A stretch of 64,000 bases of DNA, taken from contig OY970368.1 in NCBI GenBank assembly GCA_963718615.1, positions 736,001-800,000 on the forward strand, read 5' to 3'. The position numbers and the translations under genes were made by a program. Under the pieces are notes generated by a model that did not search any database, had not been told where the DNA came from, and saw only the letters and a program-made list of their open reading frames with translations. Source of the DNA: an uncultured cyanobacterium. GTDB taxonomy: Bacteria > Cyanobacteriota > Cyanobacteriia > PCC-9006 > JAAUQQ01. Shown here piece by piece: positions 19,654 through 28,679 of the stretch (position 1 is the first letter of the stretch; each line of letters opens with the position of its first letter).

Positions 19654-20475
19654 ATGAGAAAATTATTGCCCTTGATGATTTTGTTCTCTGGGATTGTGGT
19701 TGCTTCCACGTCACTAGCCCTAGGACAGCCCGAATTGATCCAATCGGCTGAGACGAAAGCTACGAAGAAAAAAACGCCCTATGTCCCCCCGGACCCCCCT
19801 CCAGGTTTGAATGCTCCCGGAAATCGTAGCGAGGCTGGGAGTCGGGGTAGTGATGGACAGATTTTGCCGCTGGCTCAGCAATTGGTTGCCATTGTTCCTG
19901 AGTTTGAGCGGGTAGTAGAGTCTTTGCCTATTCCACAGGTATGGGTCCTCACGGCTTCTCGCTATCCGACTTTTTGGTTTTATGTTCCCCTTGCTGAAGA
20001 TCCTACGCTTAGGTTTGTAATTGAACGTAGGAACCCATCGGAACGCGGTCGGAAATACATAACCGTTTACCAGCAGGAAATCCCTATTTCTCGGGAAGGA
20101 TTCCTCTCTATTACGCCTGCTGATTCATTTGAAGGGTTAAAAGAAGGGGAGCTCTATCGTTGGTCTTTGAGTTCGATTAAGCCTAGTTTAACGAAAAGTT
20201 ATCGTTCGTTAAAGCCGATTAAGGGTTGGGTTGAGCTGCGATCGTTACCGAAAAATATGAGTGAACAGCTCAAGCTTGCTTCTCCATCAGAAGCTATAGA
20301 GATTTATGGGCGGAATGGAATTTGGCTGGACAGTTTTGATGCTGTAGCCCAGCACTACCGTACTGCTCCGGACCGTTACATCATCTTGTGGCAGGATTTT
20401 TTAGAAGGGGTTGGACTTGAGGCGTTATCAAAGAAACCAGTATCAAGTGGTGGCTCAGTCGTTCGCCACGATTAA
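19654..20475 (+). CDS. DUF928-family secreted protein
   Basis: Signal peptide; PPDPP...APGNRSEAGSRG; T.S.YPTFWFYVP; YRWSL; GIWLD; W..FLE.VGL. Confidence 0.88.
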   Translation: MRKLLPLMILFSGIVVASTSLALGQPELIQSAETKATKKKTPYVPPDPPPGLNAPGNRSEAGSRGSDGQILPLAQQLVAIVPEFERVVESLPIPQVWVLTASRYPTFWFYVPLAEDPTLRFVIERRNPSERGRKYITVYQQEIPISREGFLSITPADSFEGLKEGELYRWSLSSIKPSLTKSYRSLKPIKGWVELRSLPKNMSEQLKLASPSEAIEIYGRNGIWLDSFDAVAQHYRTAPDRYIILWQDFLEGVGLEALSKKPVSSGGSVVRHD

Positions 20476-20538
20476 GTCATCATTCTGATCTTTTACTCAG
20501 AACCGTCACAAGGTAATCTTTCGATCAATTTTTCAAGC

Positions 20539-20581
20539 AACCTGTAAAAACTCAGTATCCTCACTGATTAACTAAGTGCAG
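20539..20581 (+). promoter_or_regulatory. Bipartite promoter-like motif, copy 2 (FG-GAP gene)
   Basis: AACCTGTAAA-N17-GATTAA-CTAA-GTGCAG, ~40 nt before ATG 20621. Confidence 0.7.
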
Positions 20582-20620
20582 CTTCCCGAAGGGAGTTAAA
20601 TCTTAGCCAGGGTAATACAA

Positions 20621-22864
20621 ATGAGTTTTGGACCAACGTTTGATCTTGCTAGCCTTAACGGCTTCAATGGATTTTTTATTGATGGAATCAGCACAGGCGA
20701 CGGATTGGGTCGTTCAGTTAGCACAGCAGGGGACTTTAACGGAGATGGTATTGATGACCTGCTGATTGGAGCACCTGGAGCGCTGGGTGCTAGACCTAGC
20801 GGTAGTTTGGCGGCAGGTGAGAGTTATATTATTTTTGGTGCGAGAGGAATTGGTAACAGTGGAAGCTTTAACCTGAGTAACTTAAATGGCAGTAACGGTT
20901 TTGCGCTAAAGGGCATTGACTCTCAAGACGATTCTGGTTACTCGGTGAGTGGGATTGGTGATATTAATAATGATGGTTTCGATGACATTATTATTGGTGC
21001 CTATAATGCGGATGCACCTGAGGCTTTTTCGGGGGAAAGTTATGTCGTTTTTGGGCGTCAGAGTGTTGGCTTGGGCGCTAGCTTAAACCTCAGCAGCTTA
21101 AACGGAAGCAATGGTTTTATTGTCAGGGGCCTTAATAACAGCGATTTTTCTGGTGTTTCTGTGAGCGGGGCTGGAGATGTCAATGGCGATGGCTTTGACG
21201 ATTTCATTGTTGGAGCTCCCGGAGCTAATCCGAATGGCTTTGACTCGGGACAAAGCTATGTAATATTTGGTGGTAGAGGCATTGGCATCACAGGCAGTTT
21301 TGATCTCAGGAGTTTGAATGGTAGCAATGGTTTTGCCCTAAACGGCAGTCGCTTCAGTAATTTCTCAGATCGCGCTGGAGCCTCGGTCAGCAGCGCTGGA
21401 GATTTCAATGGAGATGGATTTGATGATTTAATCATCGGGGCTCCTGATGGTGAGGTCAACGGCGTCAAGACAGGCAAAAGCTACATTGTCTTTGGCCGTA
21501 GCAGCTTTACGAGTGGCACGATTGAGTTAGCGAGTTTGAATGGCAACAATGGTTTTGTGCTAAGAGGTGTCGATCGCCTCGATGACACCGGCTCAGAAGT
21601 CAGCAGCGCCGGAGATATCAATAATGATGGCTTTGATGATGTTTTGATCCATTCGGAAAATAATGGAGGAGAAACCTATGTTGTCTTTGGAGGAAGCAAC
21701 GTTGGTCTTAGCGGTAGTTTTAACTTAGCTGACCTCAACGGCAGTAACGGATTTGTCATTCGTGGGAATGGTGGAGGGGGGTATGGTCGAGATGTGAGCG
21801 AGGTTGGCGATGTAAACAATGATGGGATTGATGACATCATTATTGGCTCATCTTTTTTCGGCAGCTATGTGATTTTTGGGGGTAGTGGGATTGGCAGCAG
21901 TGGCAGTTTTAACCTCAGTGATCTCAATAGCCAGAATGGTTTTGCACTCAGCGTTGAGTCTCGTTATCCAGGCCGCGCCGTTAGCGGTCTGGGTGATATC
22001 AATGGTGATGGGATTGATGATCTGATCACTGCAAATCGTTCCACAGGAGCGAATGCAGGGCGAAGTTATGTTGTGTTTGGCCGCGATACGACGGCACGGG
22101 TTCCATTTGCTAAGTTCTTCAGTTTTGACCAGTGGGTCAAGTTTCAGCGGTTTGATGATGGTGTCAACATTCCATTGACGCCTGCGGAAGTGGGAGGGGT
22201 TTCGCTTCAGTCTTTGTTTGATGAGGCGTTTTATCTCGATCGCAACAGAGATGTGAAAGCGGTAGTGGAAAACGGTGCTCTAACCTCTGGTTATGAACAT
22301 TTCATCAGACATGGACGATTTGAAGGGCGTGACCCTAGCGTACTCTACAGCGAAGAAGCCTATTTGCGCCAATATGCAGATGTGGTGGCGGCGGTGAGAG
22401 CTGGAGCCTTTAGCAGCGGTTTTGAGCACTATATCAACTATGGTCATATCGAAAATCGAGTTGCCAGCACTGCGTTTAATCCAATTGATTATCTAACTCA
22501 AAATCCAGACGTCGCTGGAGCTGTTACCCAGGGCTTCCTGAGTAGTGGTTTTGAGCATTTTGTCGAAAGTGGTGCCAATGAGGGGCGCGTTTCGGGGGTG
22601 ATGTTGTTTGAGGAGGCGTTTTATTTGGCCCAAAATCCGGATGTGGCGCAGGTTGTAACTGGGGGGAGCTTCAGCTCTGGGCTTGAGCACTTTGCACGCT
22701 ATGGTCAACGGGAAGGACGAATTTCCAGCAGCACCTATCGTGAAGGTGGCTACCTGGGTGCAAATTCTGATGTGGCGGCAGCGGTGAGTGGCGGCGGTTT
22801 TTCAAGTGGCTTTGAACATTTTGTGGAATTTGGGCGAATTGAGGGGCGATCGCTAGGCCTATAG
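20621..22864 (+). CDS. FG-GAP/integrin-alpha beta-propeller protein with five C-terminal ~44-aa repeats
   Basis: Seven GD(F/I/V)N(G/N)DG(F/I)DD...YV.FG blades; repeats of E..YL..N.DV..AV..G..SSGFEHF...G..EGR. Confidence 0.88.
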   Translation: MSFGPTFDLASLNGFNGFFIDGISTGDGLGRSVSTAGDFNGDGIDDLLIGAPGALGARPSGSLAAGESYIIFGARGIGNSGSFNLSNLNGSNGFALKGIDSQDDSGYSVSGIGDINNDGFDDIIIGAYNADAPEAFSGESYVVFGRQSVGLGASLNLSSLNGSNGFIVRGLNNSDFSGVSVSGAGDVNGDGFDDFIVGAPGANPNGFDSGQSYVIFGGRGIGITGSFDLRSLNGSNGFALNGSRFSNFSDRAGASVSSAGDFNGDGFDDLIIGAPDGEVNGVKTGKSYIVFGRSSFTSGTIELASLNGNNGFVLRGVDRLDDTGSEVSSAGDINNDGFDDVLIHSENNGGETYVVFGGSNVGLSGSFNLADLNGSNGFVIRGNGGGGYGRDVSEVGDVNNDGIDDIIIGSSFFGSYVIFGGSGIGSSGSFNLSDLNSQNGFALSVESRYPGRAVSGLGDINGDGIDDLITANRSTGANAGRSYVVFGRDTTARVPFAKFFSFDQWVKFQRFDDGVNIPLTPAEVGGVSLQSLFDEAFYLDRNRDVKAVVENGALTSGYEHFIRHGRFEGRDPSVLYSEEAYLRQYADVVAAVRAGAFSSGFEHYINYGHIENRVASTAFNPIDYLTQNPDVAGAVTQGFLSSGFEHFVESGANEGRVSGVMLFEEAFYLAQNPDVAQVVTGGSFSSGLEHFARYGQREGRISSSTYREGGYLGANSDVAAAVSGGGFSSGFEHFVEFGRIEGRSLGL

Positions 22865-22995
22865 TGCCCTCAATCATCTAGCACCCCATTGGAATGCGCA
22901 GGGAATGCGCAAGAATACTCAGAGCGTGCGGGCTTGGCCGAAAGCCTGCATGCTTATGTCTCGTGTTCAGGCCATCCCAAAAATATTTTTGCACC

Positions 22996-23039
22996 AACGT
23001 GTAAAAGCTCAGTGCTCCCACGGATTAATAGAGTGAAGG
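22996..23039 (+). promoter_or_regulatory. Bipartite promoter-like motif, copy 3 (CsgG-family gene)
   Basis: AACGTGTAAA-N17-GATTAA-TAGA-GTGAAGG, ~57 nt before ATG 23097. Confidence 0.7.
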
Positions 23040-23096
23040 CCCGCACAGGGAATACAGCAGCCTTTACTGATACATTTCTACGAGGTTTACGATTCT

Positions 23097-23861
23097 ATGA
23101 CCCCGACAGCATTGAAAGTGTTAAGTCATCACGCGACAGCCGCGTTATTCGCTGTGAGTGTAAGCTTGGTCGGAGCAACCCAAACCCTAGCACAGACTAA
23201 ACCCACCATTTCTGTGCCCGAATTTAAGAATGAAAGCACTTGGTGGTGGTGGCGGGGAGGCACATCCAGAGAACTAGCGGATGCCTTGAGCAATGAGTTG
23301 AGTTCAACTGGCAGCTTTACGGTTGTTGAACGTCAAAAGCTAGATACGGTTCGAGATGAGCAAGTCCTGAATAATGAGGGTCTTGTACGGCAAGGAACTG
23401 GGGCTAAAACGGGGCAGCTAACGGGCGCACAATATATTGTTATGGGTAAGGTGACGTCCTATGAGGAAGGTGTCAACGGGGAAGAAAGCAAGAACAGAAC
23501 CTGTGTTCTCGGCATTTGTCGTGGTGGTGCCAAGCAAAAGCAGCAAGCTTATGTGGCGATCGATCTGCGTGTCGTCAACTCAACAACCGGAGAAGTAGCC
23601 TATGCGCGAACAGTTGAAGGACTCGCGACTTCAGAATCTGAGTCCAAATCAGGCGGAATTACTATTGGCCCTATCACTACGGGCGGAAGCTCTAGCAAAA
23701 CCACGAAAGCCCCGGTTGGAAAAGCGCTTCGTTCTGCGCTGGTCGAAGCCACTAATTACCTTGACTGTGTGATGGTGAAAAAAGGAAGCTGTATTGCAGA
23801 ATTTGAGAGAAAAGAAGCAGTTCGCCGTGAGAATACTGGTGGTGTTCTAGATCTGCAATGA
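23097..23861 (+). CDS. CsgG/HfaB-family envelope protein
   Basis: Signal peptide; FTVVERQKL...EQ.L, GQLTGAQYIV.G.VTSYEE and VAIDLRVV.STTGEV. Confidence 0.88.
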   Translation: MTPTALKVLSHHATAALFAVSVSLVGATQTLAQTKPTISVPEFKNESTWWWWRGGTSRELADALSNELSSTGSFTVVERQKLDTVRDEQVLNNEGLVRQGTGAKTGQLTGAQYIVMGKVTSYEEGVNGEESKNRTCVLGICRGGAKQKQQAYVAIDLRVVNSTTGEVAYARTVEGLATSESESKSGGITIGPITTGGSSSKTTKAPVGKALRSALVEATNYLDCVMVKKGSCIAEFERKEAVRRENTGGVLDLQ

Positions 23862-23991
23862 CTCTTAGCCTTTGCTTTCTTAGCTTAGTCCTTTAGCTTT
23901 TCACATGTCATGAGAATTGTCAATTGTATGGCAATGTTTTCCATCAGGAGTTTTTATGCTCTTAAAAGCTTTTAGATGAGCAGTATACATC

Positions 23992-24016
23992 TAGGGCGAA
24001 CGCGATTCGCCCCTAC
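23992..24016. repeat. REP-like cyanobacterial hairpin
   Basis: TAGGGCGAA-CGCGA-TTCGCCCCTAC. Confidence 0.55.
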
Positions 24017-24329
24017 GAAGATTATCAGTTTTGAAGGATGTTTGAGAGTACGCCAAAGCCAAAGATTCGACACTAAAACAGGGCAATCTTTTGCTTAACG
24101 TTGAGCAAGCGTAAGAGATTTTTAGCTCATTCAGCTACAGTCTAAGCCATTCTCGAACATCCTATTAGGAATAAACCGCATTATTAATTTAGTGGTTTCC
24201 TAAGAAATACGAAGTAATGTAGTTGTTGTCATAGCAGCAAAATCCTCTGCCTTTTTTATTACTAGACTCATCTCTCATTTAGCATGAGCTGATGCTATCA
24301 CGTGCGTTTTTTATCCTGGAGTTTTCATC

Positions 24330-24935
24330 GTGAAGCTTTTTTCTTGCAGCATGAAGAGTTCGCTAACAAGCTTGACAATTGCCTTCTTTGGTATTGGATA
24401 CTTTTCAAGTATAGCCATTGCTCAACAGCCTCAAATCGCTCGAACCGAATCTAACTTAATTCCACTGGAACAGGCCGATTATATTCTTGAACTTCCAAAG
24501 GGAACCTATCGTATTGATGTGGTTTCGTCCAGAGTTTCTAGCCCATTCATCGCTATTTTTGAGGAAGACACTGACAGACAAGTTAAGTCGTCTACCGCAG
24601 ACGCTCACACATTTATATCTGTCAATTTATCTGGGGGTAAATACCGGGTCAGAGTAGGTTTTATAGAGTGTCTTTCGGCAAACCATCGATGCTCTGCTGA
24701 CATCTATTTCAGAAATTCTTCTGGATCTTATTTTGTTCCAAAACTAGACATAGAGCCTCGGAGTTTGAAGCTTGCCCGACAAGTATATCAAGAAAGAAAG
24801 TCTGAACTGAGTGAAGCGCGTCAAGGATGTCACAGTCATTCAAGTATTTTCAATAATACATGTGGCCGAGTACAGCAGTTAGAAGATGCTATACGAAATA
24901 GTGGAATGTCTCCATCTTTGTTTAGAGGATTTTAG
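24330..24935 (+). CDS. Hypothetical secreted protein
   Basis: GGAG RBS, signal peptide ending AIA-QQ, beta-rich domain, two Cys pairs. Confidence 0.7.
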   Translation: MKLFSCSMKSSLTSLTIAFFGIGYFSSIAIAQQPQIARTESNLIPLEQADYILELPKGTYRIDVVSSRVSSPFIAIFEEDTDRQVKSSTADAHTFISVNLSGGKYRVRVGFIECLSANHRCSADIYFRNSSGSYFVPKLDIEPRSLKLARQVYQERKSELSEARQGCHSHSSIFNNTCGRVQQLEDAIRNSGMSPSLFRGF

Positions 24936-25055
24936 TAGCTAATGTGGAAAACAAAAAATCAGTAGATTTTCACTCTAATACAAGAATCGAATTTCAGAAA
25001 TCATAAAGTTCTCACTTCTACACCTCACTCACTACAATCGCATCAAGCTAGAAAG

Positions 25056-25583
25056 ATGATGAAAATGCACAAGTTTGGTCTCTATGCTTCTACAGCAATT
25101 TTATTGAGTGGTGTGATTGCTAGCTCGGCGATCGCTCAAACAAAATTAGCACTGACCCTCAAACCCTACGACGAAAAACACAAATATGTTGACTTCTCTT
25201 CAGACTCCGGCACCTGTGAAGGTACAGTCATGCAAGCTGGCATGGCTTGCGTTCTTAATATTAAAAAAAACGACTCGAAATTTAGTCGCGTGGCAGTGCT
25301 AAGTCTAGTGAATGTTGTTCAGACACTAAGATCTCGAACCGATATTAATGTTCGTGAATTTAAACCAAATAAAGCAAACATTGCTTTTTTGATAACGGTT
25401 AACATGTACGTTGACTATACAAAAAGTACAGTGCCGCTGGCACAGGCGGGCTTGACGAATCAAGGAGAATTAATCGTGATCCCAGAATATGGTGAATACG
25501 GGCTTGAAGAATCTAAAAATGTTCTAGAACGAGAGTCGAAGGCGATCGCCATTCTAATCAAAGCCCTAAAAGAAACAAAATAA
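25056..25583 (+). CDS. Hypothetical secreted protein
   Basis: Signal peptide ending AIA-QT; 175-aa ORF. Confidence 0.7.
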   Translation: MMKMHKFGLYASTAILLSGVIASSAIAQTKLALTLKPYDEKHKYVDFSSDSGTCEGTVMQAGMACVLNIKKNDSKFSRVAVLSLVNVVQTLRSRTDINVREFKPNKANIAFLITVNMYVDYTKSTVPLAQAGLTNQGELIVIPEYGEYGLEESKNVLERESKAIAILIKALKETK

Positions 25584-25646
25584 TCAGACATTGCTACTTC
25601 AAGGAACGCTCACCATTGGAACGAACCGTATTCGTCCGGCTTTCGC

Positions 25647-28600
25647 TCAGAGCCAATTACCGACTAAAACAAATGCGGCCCAAAAATAGGGCTCCGATGT
25701 ATCCAGTTCATCCGAGTCCTTCACATAAAGCTGAGCCCGACGCAACGCCTCAGCACGGCTCACAGAGCTATCTGCAAGTTCTTGGTAAAACCGCTGCATC
25801 AGAAATGCTGTAGACCGGTCATCAACAAACCAAAGGCTGCCCAGCGTACTCCTTGCGCCCGATCGCACTGCAATCCCCGCCAAACCCAGTCCTGCCAGTT
25901 CATCCCCCTTGGCGGTTTCGCAGGCACTCAGTACCAAAAGTTCGATAGGCTGGTCAGAGCCCAGCCCCTTGCCCTGGAGAAGAGCACTCAGCTCATTCGC
26001 ATTTAGCCGATCATCCGCCGTGACAACATAGGTGTCTTCTAACGTCGAGCCAAAAACACCATGGGTTGCCAAATGAACCACCGGGAATGAGAGTTCATTG
26101 ACCTTAGTTTCGAGATTTGTCTGCGTAAAGTCTCCGTCTAATAAGACCTGGCTACCTGGGGCTTGAGCCTGAATTGATTCAACTTCAGGTTTGGCGAAGC
26201 CTAGTGCTTTAAAAGGTCCATTATCTACCGTTAGCCCACCTAGAATTACCTTAACATTACGACGGGATAGCGATCGCGAATCCAAAAGCTGTAGACTTGG
26301 GGAGGTAGCGATCGCATACTTCTCAATCAAGTACTTCTCTTCCCGTTGGTCATACAAAACCGCCATGGGAATATTCTGAAGCGAACCACTCGACAGAAAC
26401 AAGAGTGTTTCTACACCGCTTGCTTCTAGATCCGCTTCAAAGGGTCGAATGAGAATATCGTAGAGTTGTCCGCCAATGAGTACTGTCTCGTCTCTCGCTT
26501 CTTGGGGTTGCTTCAGGCCAACTTGCAAAATTTCTTCTCCATCGCTTCTAGAGCAGTTGGTACTAGACAATTCGTTAGTATCATCAAACTCAGCTTGCTG
26601 ACAGGCCGTGCCCCGAGAAGAGACAAGACTTCTCAGTGAGAACAAATCTTGATCAAACTCGACTAAATTAACCGAACTACTTTGATGCTTCCAGATAGTA
26701 TTGTTTGATAAATCATTGACTTTATTAGAGACATTACTTTTTGTTCTAGAAACTTTTGTATTCGGCAAGCCAACGACAACTTCGACTCGATCTTTGATGA
26801 TAATTGGGTAAATAATCGCGGCTTTTGGATCAATGTCTTCAATCTTAATCTCACTAGCCAGTAGACAGTCAGATCGAAAGAAATTGGTCAATTCTGCGAC
26901 CTGAAGCGAATCTGCAATCTGAATAGCCCGATCCAAATAGGAATTAAAGTTTTCTTGAACTAAATTTATCGTCTGGCCTGTCAACTGTTTTTGAGTCTGT
27001 TTCTTTTTCGAATGCTCTAAAATAGAATATTGACTTGGTTCTAATGATACTTTTTGATGGTTTGCTTCAATCAACAGCTCAATTAAACCTTGATAGATAG
27101 GTTTAATCTGATTTTGAAAAGAGAGCTGGTTCTGACGATTGATTGTAATTAGATCACCCTTCAAAAGATTGATTTGAGTCACCGAGGACTCGTAGGCGGC
27201 GATCGCCTCCATCAAAAGCTGATCCCGTTTCTCAAGCTGATCGATTGGTAAAAGCGATCGTTTGAACCTGAGCAACCTCCCCTGCTGCCAAAGCCAGGGG
27301 TAAGTCATAAACCCAAGATTGAGGCCCTCCGCTCGTTCTAATGCCTGCTTGGTGAAAGCCTCTGCCTGGGCTAATTGCTGCTGTTTTTCGATAGGTGCGA
27401 GCGCCTCCAGAAATCGATATTCATACAGTCTTCCCCAGTACCCTAGAGCATAGGCTTCAAACTGACCGTCCTGGAGTGATTTCGATTCTGCAAGTAGCTG
27501 CTGAATTAGCCTTTCTACTGTTTTTTCTGAAATGATATCGTATTGATTTTTTCCATCTCTGGGCTTCATTAGATTTAATGCATCAGCGATCAAGGTGACT
27601 TGTAATCGAAACTTGGCGCGGTTGGCTGGAATAGTTTCTAGTAATGCGATCGCTTGAGTGATTTCTGAGGCGATCGCTTGACCCGAACGGAGTTGGCTCG
27701 CAGTATCAGGTTTAAGCTGTTGCTGAGTTCGCTGTTGAATCATCTGCTGAATCAGATTGATTTGGGCTTGTAGTTCAATCTCAGGGGGAATAGACAGAGC
27801 CATCGCCTGCCGCAGAGAGGCTTGCGCATCTTCTGAGTTTGCTGCCATGCTGCTGATGCTGATCAGGGAGAGTGCAGCTTCGATGGGGAAATTTTCCTGT
27901 TGCGCGATCGTCAAACTTTGTTCTAAGCAATCCTGGGCACTCTGACATAATCCCGTTTCATTCCGGCCAGAGAACTGATACAGTAAGTTACCTAACTGCC
28001 TCAGGACTAAAGCTTTGTTCTGAGGATCAATCAATGTATTAGTCTGAGAAACTAGCATCTGACCAGCTGAATTGAGACTTTCCATCGCCTGTGGATACAA
28101 ACCACTCAGACGCAAAAGTTCAGCTTGATTAAGCCGATTGCGCAGGAAAGCACTAGCATTTTTGGGCAGTTTTAGATTGAGCCGCTGATAGGACTTTTCA
28201 GCGGTACGGAGTTTCTGTAAGGCAGTTTGGTATTGCCCCTGCGCGCGATAGAGCTGCCCTTCGGTACTGAAGCTCTGGGCCAAGACTCGTTGTTGTGCCG
28301 TGCTAGGAGATAATTTTTCAAGCTGGGTTTGGGCTTGAGTGAGAATTTGTTCAGCGGCTCCATAATCCCCAAGCTGGAGATGGGCAAGGGCGATGTTGTT
28401 GAGGGCGATCGCCTGGGCCAGCCTATCACCCTTTTGCTCAGCCCACTGCTCAGCTTTTTCCCAGTGTATCTTGGCTTCAAAAAATCGACCCGATTGGTAG
28501 GCTGCACGTCCAGCCTCCAAAAAATTCTGATTAGAAGTTTCTACAACTGATGGAGAAGACTGATTAAGTTCCAGGAAAAATCCCACAGGTGTCTGTTGGG

Positions 28601-28679
28601 CTAAGCTCGGAGCGCTGATGCATAGCCACAGGGTTAGACTCATCCAAGCGATGAATCTCCAGATGCGAGAATCGGTCAT
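25647..28679 (-). CDS. Secreted TPR - CHAT (caspase/HetF-like) protease
   Basis: Signal peptide, TPR-like helices, VVHLATHGVF and LVLSACETA dyad, SLWFVDD, PYFWAAFVLVGNWL; ATG overlaps the TpsA stop (ATGA). Confidence 0.93.
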   Translation of the reverse strand: MTDSRIWRFIAWMSLTLWLCISAPSLAQQTPVGFFLELNQSSPSVVETSNQNFLEAGRAAYQSGRFFEAKIHWEKAEQWAEQKGDRLAQAIALNNIALAHLQLGDYGAAEQILTQAQTQLEKLSPSTAQQRVLAQSFSTEGQLYRAQGQYQTALQKLRTAEKSYQRLNLKLPKNASAFLRNRLNQAELLRLSGLYPQAMESLNSAGQMLVSQTNTLIDPQNKALVLRQLGNLLYQFSGRNETGLCQSAQDCLEQSLTIAQQENFPIEAALSLISISSMAANSEDAQASLRQAMALSIPPEIELQAQINLIQQMIQQRTQQQLKPDTASQLRSGQAIASEITQAIALLETIPANRAKFRLQVTLIADALNLMKPRDGKNQYDIISEKTVERLIQQLLAESKSLQDGQFEAYALGYWGRLYEYRFLEALAPIEKQQQLAQAEAFTKQALERAEGLNLGFMTYPWLWQQGRLLRFKRSLLPIDQLEKRDQLLMEAIAAYESSVTQINLLKGDLITINRQNQLSFQNQIKPIYQGLIELLIEANHQKVSLEPSQYSILEHSKKKQTQKQLTGQTINLVQENFNSYLDRAIQIADSLQVAELTNFFRSDCLLASEIKIEDIDPKAAIIYPIIIKDRVEVVVGLPNTKVSRTKSNVSNKVNDLSNNTIWKHQSSSVNLVEFDQDLFSLRSLVSSRGTACQQAEFDDTNELSSTNCSRSDGEEILQVGLKQPQEARDETVLIGGQLYDILIRPFEADLEASGVETLLFLSSGSLQNIPMAVLYDQREEKYLIEKYAIATSPSLQLLDSRSLSRRNVKVILGGLTVDNGPFKALGFAKPEVESIQAQAPGSQVLLDGDFTQTNLETKVNELSFPVVHLATHGVFGSTLEDTYVVTADDRLNANELSALLQGKGLGSDQPIELLVLSACETAKGDELAGLGLAGIAVRSGARSTLGSLWFVDDRSTAFLMQRFYQELADSSVSRAEALRRAQLYVKDSDELDTSEPYFWAAFVLVGNWL

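Noticed and set aside
22891-22911. GGAATGCGCA direct repeat upstream of csgG as an operator
   Set aside because: Only two copies, not seen at the other motif-bearing promoters; cannot be distinguished from a slippage duplication
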